This document shows positions 18,229 through 25,375 of a DNA stretch of 64,000 nucleotides, in pieces. The first letter of the stretch is position 1. Every line of letters begins with the position of its first letter. Under the pieces are notes generated by a model. That model searched no databases and was not told the DNA's origin. It saw nothing but the letters and a program-made list of their open reading frames with translations. The stretch spans positions 817-64,816 of the forward strand of contig CAMDTN010000008.1 in assembly GCA_945907755.1 (NCBI GenBank), read 5' to 3'. A program made the position numbers and the translations under genes. Source of the DNA: Singulisphaera sp. GP187 (GTDB taxonomy: Bacteria; Planctomycetota; GCA-002687715).

Positions 18229-20061
18229 TTACCGGGCAGCAAGCCGCTGAACATCTTGACGCAGGCGCTGGTCGTCGGGCACCAATTGGCTCGCGGCCTG
18301 GTAGTCGTCCAATGCCCCCGCGAGGTTCCCAGCGCGTTCTCGTGCGCGGCCTCGCAGCGCCAATGTCAGTCCGCGGGGACCGCGCACATTGAGCGCGCCG
18401 GTAGCGCGCCGCTCTGCATCGGCCAAAGCGTGCGCAGCGCCAGTGATGGCGTGGCGCTCCAGCAGCACGCGCAAACTCGCATCCAACGAGCGAGGATCTG
18501 CGAAGAGTTCTTGGTGGCGGTCGTAGTGCTTCAAAGCCAATTCTGTGAAGGCCACACGCGAAGTGGGTTCGAGACTGGTGTCGCGCGCAGCAAGGTCCGC
18601 GCAGCGGCCCATCCAGAAAAGCACCGCCGGGTTCTTGTCGGCCTCGGCCGCGCACGGCTCCAACAACAACAAACCCTCTGCGGGTTTGCCGGCGCGAATG
18701 CGTTCGCGCGCTGCTTCCAGCAGCTCCAACGTTGTGAAGATCGAGGTGACTCGCGGCAGTCGACGGTTTTCGGCGTCGCTGGGGCTAACGCGTTGCGTCA
18801 AACTGCGCCCGCCCATGTACGGCGCATGAGCGCTGGGTTCGACTTCACGCTGCGCGGCCGAGCCACGACTTGCGCCCGCGCGCGCACGCACTGCGTGGGC
18901 CTCCATTTCTGCGCGCAAGCGTTGCAGCACTGCACTCTGCGCTGGCGCGCAATCCTGCAACTCCTGCGCATCCGCAGGCCACGCGTGCAAGCTCGTCGCC
19001 GCTGCGCTTTCGCTCAATTTCCAAACGGCATCGCGAAAACTGCGCTCGCGTGCGCAGCGGTATTGGTACCAGGGGTACAGCGTTTCAGCAGAACTACGCC
19101 AGTTTTGCGAATCGCAGGCATCCAGCAGGCTGGCACCATCGCCGGCTTGCGCTGGGATTCCCGTCACTGCCCGTACCGTCGCGGCCACATCTTCCAAACG
19201 CGCTGGTGGCTGGCTCTGCCGCTCCGAATTGATGCCCTGCGGCAGCACCATCAGGAACGGCACGCTCAAAGTGGCGTCATGCACCAGATGTCCGTGAGTT
19301 TCTTCGCCGTGCTCACCCAGTCCTTCACCATGGTCCGATAGCACGATCACGAGAGTGCGTTCTCTGTTCGGCAATGCTGCAAGCAATTGCCCGATGGATC
19401 GATCCACCGCCATGATTTCAGATTGATAATCCTGATGCGCGCCCGCTGGCAACGCTGCGCCTTCGGAGCGCCGCTGCCAGGGCTGATGCGGATCGAAGTA
19501 GTGCACGAACAAGAACCACGGAGTCTTGTGTTCGCTCTGCAGCCAAGCGCTAGCCAGCGTTGTGGTTTCGCTGCAGTCGCGCTCGCGAAAGCGCAGCTCA
19601 CCTTCGGGGGCCAGCCCACGCTCGGGCGCACTGTAGATGCGAAAGCCTGCATCCAGTCCGGCGGAGCGCTCCAGCGGTTGGCCAGAAACAAACGCAGCGG
19701 TGTCGTAGCCAGCGCCGCGCAATTCCTCGGCGAGCAAGCAGTAGCCGCGTTCGCTTTGGGGCGGCACACTAAATGAATCGTTCTCGCGCACGCCGGTCGC
19801 ATCGGGCAGCAGACCGCTGAACAGCGTGGCGTGGGCGGGCAAAGTCAGCGGCACGCAGGAGCGCGCTTCCTTGGGCCCGCTCGCCTTGGCCGCAAGAGCA
19901 TCCAACACCGGCGTCGGCGAAGTGCCATCGGGCAAACGCGCGCCCAGCCAACCGCAGTGGTCCGCGCGGCAGGTGTCGATGCACACAACCAACACCGAAG
20001 GGGCGTCAGGATCGGCGCTGCAAGCGCTCAGAATCAGCAAGAGCGCGAGGAAGCGTGGCAT
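18229..20061 (-). CDS. Sulfatase-like (alkaline phosphatase superfamily) lipoprotein with C-terminal TPR
   Basis: Lipobox ILSA-C, CIDTCRADH, PLTLPAHATLFSG (Thr where sulfatases have Cys/Ser), HYFDPHQP, SDHGE..GEHGE. Confidence 0.85.
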   Translation of the reverse strand: MPRFLALLLILSACSADPDAPSVLVVCIDTCRADHCGWLGARLPDGTSPTPVLDALAAKASGPKEARSCVPLTLPAHATLFSGLLPDATGVRENDSFSVPPQSERGYCLLAEELRGAGYDTAAFVSGQPLERSAGLDAGFRIYSAPERGLAPEGELRFRERDCSETTTLASAWLQSEHKTPWFLFVHYFDPHQPWQRRSEGAALPAGAHQDYQSEIMAVDRSIGQLLAALPNRERTLVIVLSDHGEGLGEHGEETHGHLVHDATLSVPFLMVLPQGINSERQSQPPARLEDVAATVRAVTGIPAQAGDGASLLDACDSQNWRSSAETLYPWYQYRCARERSFRDAVWKLSESAAATSLHAWPADAQELQDCAPAQSAVLQRLRAEMEAHAVRARAGASRGSAAQREVEPSAHAPYMGGRSLTQRVSPSDAENRRLPRVTSIFTTLELLEAARERIRAGKPAEGLLLLEPCAAEADKNPAVLFWMGRCADLAARDTSLEPTSRVAFTELALKHYDRHQELFADPRSLDASLRVLLERHAITGAAHALADAERRATGALNVRGPRGLTLALRGRARERAGNLAGALDDYQAASQLVPDDQRLRQDVQRLAAR

Positions 20062-20076
20062 CAGAGGAGCAGCCTA

Positions 20077-20646
20077 TCAGCGCGGCGCGGCAGCGCGCGC
20101 AATGGCACCAGCACTAAAATCGACGCGCCGAAACCCGGCTTCGAGCACCGTGTCAATGACCGCGACCACTGCCGCGTGCGCGCACTGGTCCCCCGCCTCT
20201 ACACGCACCACCAAGTCGCCGAGTTCGCGACGAATGTCTGCAAGCCATGCCTCGAAACGGGGCAATGTGTCGGGCGGATCGGCCAGTAGCAGTGTGCGTC
20301 GTGGGTCGGTGGGGTCTGGCATCACACCAGTGATGCGACCGATGGGCGTCTTGGCACCGCGACGGCGCAACAGCAGCGGCCACGCGGCTTCGCCAGACTT
20401 CGCGGCGCCGGCTGGAACCACTTCGATGCGCAACGGCTCTTGGTGTTCCGCCCCAACAAGGCCGCCGAGGCCGCGATCCATGGGCAACTCCAAAGCAAGG
20501 CGCGCTTCCGTTGCCCGAAAACGCAGCGTGCATAGGAAAAATATCAGCAGCAAGAAAACCACATCAATGAGCGGCGTCGTGGTGACGCCGGGCGTCACTT
20601 CCAACATGCGCTGCAGAGTGCCGCGTTGCCATCTGTTGGATTTCAT
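20077..20646 (-). CDS. exbD: ExbD/TolR family protein
   Basis: TPLIDVVFLLLIFFL TM with the conserved Asp; C-terminal VVAVIDTVLEAGFRRVDF. Confidence 0.85.
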   Translation of the reverse strand: MKSNRWQRGTLQRMLEVTPGVTTTPLIDVVFLLLIFFLCTLRFRATEARLALELPMDRGLGGLVGAEHQEPLRIEVVPAGAAKSGEAAWPLLLRRRGAKTPIGRITGVMPDPTDPRRTLLLADPPDTLPRFEAWLADIRRELGDLVVRVEAGDQCAHAAVVAVIDTVLEAGFRRVDFSAGAIARAAAPR

Positions 20647-21188
20647 CGCGGTGGCGCCAGTTGCATTACTGCAATTTCAATGTGCCGCAACATCGGGCTC
20701 GCAAGAAGCTCCTGCTCCAGTGGCGCGCTACGGCGCACGGTGCACAGTTCCATGATTGCGCTGACCCAACCCCAGAGTTGTGCGCGGTCGCAACGAATGC
20801 GCAGGCGGCGCGCCGAAGGGTGCATGTCCGTTCCAGGGATCATTGGCGCAGCGCGATCGGGGAAGCGCTTGGGGTCGCTGCGATGGCGCAGCAAACGGCG
20901 CAATTCTTCAAGGCTCGCCACGGGGCGTCCTTCCAGCAGAATCGGTAGTGGCTGTGCAGCGCCACCCGGTTGTTCCGATGCTTCCACCACATCCACAATC
21001 AGAGTGTGCGCCAACTCCGCTTCGTCTTCCGCCGTGGCTTTGCCTGCTTCTGGCAATTGCAATGAGGTGTGTGCACCCGCACCCATGTCCGTCGAGACCA
21101 TGAAGAAAATCATGAGCAAGAACACGCAGTCAATCATTGGGGTCATGTCCGGCCCGGGAAGATACGGGATCAGTCGCGGCACGCGCAT
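20643..21188 (-). CDS. exbD: ExbD/TolR family protein
   Basis: DMTPMIDCVFLLMIFFMV TM with the conserved Asp; LRIRCDR motif. Confidence 0.85.
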   Translation of the reverse strand: MRVPRLIPYLPGPDMTPMIDCVFLLMIFFMVSTDMGAGAHTSLQLPEAGKATAEDEAELAHTLIVDVVEASEQPGGAAQPLPILLEGRPVASLEELRRLLRHRSDPKRFPDRAAPMIPGTDMHPSARRLRIRCDRAQLWGWVSAIMELCTVRRSAPLEQELLASPMLRHIEIAVMQLAPPR

Positions 21189-21191
21189 GGA

Positions 21192-21884
21192 TCACTCCGT
21201 CTCAGCGCAGATGTCATCGATGAGCGCACTCACCGCAGTGTTGGCATCCAGCCCCATCATCACGATGCGATCACGAAAAAAGAAGAACCCGATGGTGAGA
21301 GGAATGGCTACGCACAACCCGAGCAGTGTGGTGACAAGCGCTTCTTTGATGCCGCCGGCAAGGTCTGCCGGAGCAGGATTGGTCATGGATTCGATGACAC
21401 CGAAAGACCACAACATGCCGCTGACCGTGCCCAGCAGGCCCAAGAGCGGAGACAGATTCGCCAACAACGCGACCCAGCCGATGCGCGAGTGCAAGCGCAC
21501 GCTGTCTTCTTCCAGCCGCTCGCTGGCTGCGCGTTCCATAGACTCCCGCCCTTGTTTGCTGCGAGCCAGCGCTGCGCCCATGGCTGCTGGGATCAAGCCT
21601 TTATTGCTGGCGCAAAACGCTCTCGCTTGATCGGTATCACCAGCCAAAACCAGCGCACGCAAGGCTGCGGCGTCTTCGGCACGCAACAGCCGTCGGCGCG
21701 AGATCGAAAACGCGTGCTCCAACAGCAGCCCCAAGCCGATTACAGAACACGCGAGAATGCACCAGCCGAAGAAGCCGCCTGCACGCAGACACATTGCCAC
21801 AAAGCTCTCGCGCTCCGGTGCCGCCGCACACAGCGGCGACGCCATGCAAGCCAAGAGCACACACCACCCCAGTAGATGCTTCAT
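21192..21884 (-). CDS. exbB: MotA/TolQ/ExbB proton channel family protein
   Basis: SPLLGLLGTVSGM..F and LAGGIKEALVTTLLGL..AIP; GGAG RBS. Confidence 0.9.
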   Translation of the reverse strand: MKHLLGWCVLLACMASPLCAAAPERESFVAMCLRAGGFFGWCILACSVIGLGLLLEHAFSISRRRLLRAEDAAALRALVLAGDTDQARAFCASNKGLIPAAMGAALARSKQGRESMERAASERLEEDSVRLHSRIGWVALLANLSPLLGLLGTVSGMLWSFGVIESMTNPAPADLAGGIKEALVTTLLGLCVAIPLTIGFFFFRDRIVMMGLDANTAVSALIDDICAETE

Positions 21885-22004
21885 GCTGACTCCATCACCA
21901 CGTGCTGCGCAGGACCGTCAATGACTGCCCGGACGCGAGAGCATACACGACGGCGTTTCCGTTGATCTGCGTAGCGTCGAGTGTTTTGCAAGAGCGCACA
22001 GCAA

Positions 22005-23027
22005 TCACGAATCACCGCGCAGGAGGCGCGCTGCGCTGCCCGCGCTGAGCGGGTCTTCACAACGGTTGGCGCAACTCCGCAGCTGCGCCAAACCTGCAAG
22101 GCGCAATCGTTCCTCCCCTGCCGCAGCCAGTAAAAGCGTGGCCCGAGCGCAAAGCAGTGTGTTGCGCGCGTCATGCGCAGGCCCTGCTTGATCAGCCATG
22201 AGGTGCAGTGCTTGCTCGGGCCGGCCCAAACGGCAGTGGTCTTCGGCCTCCAACAGTGCGGCTTCACGGCTTGCGGCGCCGCCGGGGAACGCACGCAATC
22301 GTTGCAATGCTTGATCCACGCGTACGCCGGCAGCGCGTAGCACCTTCACTCGTGCTACCGCTAACAGCATTTGCTGCTCGGTGCTCAGCGACCCGGAGGC
22401 ACCAGCGAACAGTTTTTCCAACAAAGCCTCCGCATCCGCTAAGGCCCCGCTCGCCCCCAACGCCGTTGCTTCCGCCAAGCGCAACAAGACGGCTTCGTCT
22501 TGTTCAAGACGCGCAAATGCCTCGTGACGCGTGGCCCGCAGCAGCAATGCTGCGGCTGCTGGCGCCCCTGCATATCGAGCCAGCGCTGTGTGACACCAGT
22601 GCAGCGCATCCAACGCCAGGGGCCCGTCTTGCTGCGGCCATGCGATCTTTGACAATGCCGATTCAGCGGCGGCGTCATGCCCAAGACAGATGCGTGCGCG
22701 GCCTAAGACATAACGCGCAGCCATCTGCGTCTGTAGCGCGGCGGCCTGATCCAAAGCCAACGCAGCAAAGCGCGCGGCCGCACCAGGTTCTCCTGCGCGC
22801 AAGTGTTCGACTGCGAGTGTCAACGCCAGTGGTGCACCGGCGGGAATCCACGCCAGCAGCGCGCCGCGCTTCACAGTCTGAGGCCTGCCTGCGGCTGCGG
22901 CCACCACCAAGGTGCTGCCAGCAACGGCCACCGTTCCACGCAGTGCCGTGCCATCCAGCATCCAAACCACATCCACGCCTTGCGCGGGCAACAGTTGGCA
23001 CACCACGAGCAATGCGAGAAGTTTCAC
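22005..23027 (-). CDS. Exported Ala-rich helical (TPR-like) hypothetical protein
   Basis: Signal-like N-terminus from GTG 23027 (GTGA overlap with the upstream stop), DVVWMLDGTALRGTV beta motif, then helical repeats. Confidence 0.6.
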   Translation of the reverse strand: MKLLALLVVCQLLPAQGVDVVWMLDGTALRGTVAVAGSTLVVAAAAGRPQTVKRGALLAWIPAGAPLALTLAVEHLRAGEPGAAARFAALALDQAAALQTQMAARYVLGRARICLGHDAAAESALSKIAWPQQDGPLALDALHWCHTALARYAGAPAAAALLLRATRHEAFARLEQDEAVLLRLAEATALGASGALADAEALLEKLFAGASGSLSTEQQMLLAVARVKVLRAAGVRVDQALQRLRAFPGGAASREAALLEAEDHCRLGRPEQALHLMADQAGPAHDARNTLLCARATLLLAAAGEERLRLAGLAQLRSCANRCEDPLSAGSAARLLRGDS

Positions 23028-25288
23028 GGTTGACGCTCCAACCATTGGAACGACACCGCCCACACGCCGTCGTCAAACTTGCCTTCGCTCAGCAATGACA
23101 ACCTGCGCAGTGCCAATTGCAGCGCTGCACGATCACCAGTTCCCGCACGCACCAGCGCGTGGTGAGCTAACAGCATGTGAAAGCGCGCTTCCCAGCAGGC
23201 GGCACTGTCCACTTCTTGCGCCCGCAACACGCGGCCCCACAGCTCCGCTGCGCGGCGGAACTCCGCAGCCCCTTCGAAGTGCTGCGCACCTGCAGGACGC
23301 CAGAGCAAGTGCCCACCAGCAGCAAGCGCGAGCGCACGCAGTGTGCTTGTTGCGCGCGTGTCGGCACTTTCCGGTGCATGCACCCGCACCGCCAAGCCTT
23401 GCGCCTCGCGCCAACGAGCATGCGCTTCGCCATCTTGGCCCGCGGCCGCGGCCTCCAGTGCTAACGCCACTGCCGCACGCAACGCTGCTGCTTCCAGCGA
23501 GCTTGCTCCTTGAGCGCCCCGCGCTGGGAAGCGCCGCGCTAACTCCAACGCAGCCGACAGTTGACCACTGTCTTCTTCAAGATTCACGGCAGCATCCCAG
23601 AGGACCGCATCGCTACTGGCCACGAGCGCGGCCGCGAGGCAGCGGCGCAACTGTTCGCAGGCGGCTGCATTTTCCTGCGTCACTGCGCCGCGCGCGCCCC
23701 ATGCGCCCAACGCTTTATGCGCCAAACGCTGCCGCGCCTCAGTCAACAGCGCTACCGGCACCGCCGCCGCCGCGAGTGCAGCAACGCAGTCCTCCGCAGT
23801 TACAAGATCAGGCCCAGCGAGAGCTTCATCGCAGCGGCGCACGAGCGCTTCCGTTTCGCTGGGGCGCGCTGGCTCGGGCACCACTGCCGCTGCTTCGCCA
23901 TGAGTGGCACGCAGCAATGCTTGCAGTTTTTCGCGCGCCGCTGCAGCCAACGGCGTGCCTTGCGCCGCTGCAAACGCAGCCAATTGGCGCGCTTCTGGAG
24001 CGCCCCGCGCAAGCGCCGCACGAGCCGCATCTAATGCGTGCTGTTGTGCCAACCAACGGTTTCCGGCCGCTGCGTAAAGCTCCGCGAGAATCGTGCTGCA
24101 CGCTTCGCGTTCCGCAGTGCTGCTGCGCTGACGCTGTACGGTCAGTTCGATGGCTTGCTCACGCGCTTCGGGCCAGTGCAGCGCTTTGGCCGCAAAGTTG
24201 CGCACGCTGTCTATGGGCACAACATGGTTGGCCGCTAACGGCACAATCCGATGCGCGGCGCGCACACAGGTGTCGTCAATCGCCAACGCCTGCAACAAGT
24301 GCTGTAACGCTGCTGGGACGCGCCCCAAGAGCAGCGCTGCGTCGGCACACAGCAACAGCAGTGGCCCGCGCGCCGCGGACGCCGAATTGCCCAAGCTGCG
24401 CTCGCAGCGCTCCAAGCAAATTTGCAGCAGTGCCAGATCAGCAGCAGCGCTGCGCAACTGCACGAACAGTGCCGCCTCGGCTAGCGCAGCCACTGCGGGC
24501 TCCAGTGTTTGCCCCGCCAAAATGCGCCCGAGGATTTCATCACAGAGGCTGGCTGCACTCTCTGTGCGCCCTGAGTGCAAGGCGAGGCGCGCCAGGAGTA
24601 CATGACCGCGCAGGGCGACTAAGAGCGCTTCGGAGTCCGCTTCACCGACGCGCAGCACGAGTTCTTCCGCCGCCGCGGTCAGTTCCGCTTCCTTGCCGGC
24701 GCACGCCATGCCGTCCTCTAACGCCTGCACTTCGCCTTCAAGACAGCGCAACTCTGCCGTGTTGCACAAACGCCAATCGCGCAGCCGCGTTGCGCGCGGT
24801 GCGTTGTCCAGTTCTCGCAACACCCTTTGCAACTGGCTGCGCCCTGCCTGCAGAGCTTCTTCTGCTGCGCGCCGCGCAGCTCCCGCTTCTGCTGCGCTCA
24901 CACCAACACCTTCCGCGTCCTTCCAAAAGGAACAGGCCAACCACTGCTGTGCCTCAGCGCGCTGCACCAAGACTTCGCGCGCAGCGGCGGGGTCTACCGC
25001 ACGCAGTGCTTCTATGTTGCGTTCCGTAGCCGCCAGCCACTCGAGCAGTTTTTCACGCTCGCCGCGCAGCAAAGTGCGTCGTGCAGCATGGCGCGCACTG
25101 CGCGAGGCTTCGACGCGGACATCTGGTGCTTGGCGCGCATCGCCGACGCAGCGCAACAGCACCTCCCAACCCAAGTCTGCGTAGCCGTGTACCAACAGGG
25201 CATTGCCAAAAGGCACGTCGGAAACTTGAGCGCCGATCACCGAACGCAGCACAAACAAGAACAGAGCGATGCGGCAAAAGCTTGTCAC
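23024..25288 (-). CDS. Large exported Ala/Leu-rich helical-repeat hypothetical protein
   Basis: Long ORF co-oriented with the locus, signal-like N-terminus (RIALFLFVLRSVIGA), helical repeats; start uncertain (GTG 25288 vs 25312). Confidence 0.6.
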   Translation of the reverse strand: MTSFCRIALFLFVLRSVIGAQVSDVPFGNALLVHGYADLGWEVLLRCVGDARQAPDVRVEASRSARHAARRTLLRGEREKLLEWLAATERNIEALRAVDPAAAREVLVQRAEAQQWLACSFWKDAEGVGVSAAEAGAARRAAEEALQAGRSQLQRVLRELDNAPRATRLRDWRLCNTAELRCLEGEVQALEDGMACAGKEAELTAAAEELVLRVGEADSEALLVALRGHVLLARLALHSGRTESAASLCDEILGRILAGQTLEPAVAALAEAALFVQLRSAAADLALLQICLERCERSLGNSASAARGPLLLLCADAALLLGRVPAALQHLLQALAIDDTCVRAAHRIVPLAANHVVPIDSVRNFAAKALHWPEAREQAIELTVQRQRSSTAEREACSTILAELYAAAGNRWLAQQHALDAARAALARGAPEARQLAAFAAAQGTPLAAAAREKLQALLRATHGEAAAVVPEPARPSETEALVRRCDEALAGPDLVTAEDCVAALAAAAVPVALLTEARQRLAHKALGAWGARGAVTQENAAACEQLRRCLAAALVASSDAVLWDAAVNLEEDSGQLSAALELARRFPARGAQGASSLEAAALRAAVALALEAAAAGQDGEAHARWREAQGLAVRVHAPESADTRATSTLRALALAAGGHLLWRPAGAQHFEGAAEFRRAAELWGRVLRAQEVDSAACWEARFHMLLAHHALVRAGTGDRAALQLALRRLSLLSEGKFDDGVWAVSFQWLERQP

Positions 25289-25327
25289 GCGATGGCCATG
25301 GTAAGGCCGCAAGGCGCATCAACGGAA

Positions 25328-25361
25328 ACGGCCCGCGCCAGCAGGTGCTGGAGCGGGCCGT
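25328..25361 (-). terminator. 34-nt GC-rich stem-loop downstream of secretin B
   Basis: ACGGCCCGCTCCAGC-ACCT-GCTGGCGCGGGCCGT followed by TTCCGTT; 27/34 identical to 15340-15373. Confidence 0.65.
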
Positions 25362-25375
25362 GACCTCGGATCGGG

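Noticed and set aside
21881-22294. 137-aa ORF bridging the hypothetical gene and exbB (possible frameshift)
   Set aside because: Mostly overlaps 22005-23027 in another frame with no motif; the gap instead has a -10-like TATGCT and an RBS for exbB.
22912-25029. 705-aa plus-strand ORF, and similar long antisense ORFs (3196-4566, 14384-15598, 33939-35246, 43877-46093, 52080-53618)
   Set aside because: Shadow ORFs opposite co-oriented or motif-bearing genes; Arg/Ala/Pro-rich with no motifs, as expected in high-GC DNA.
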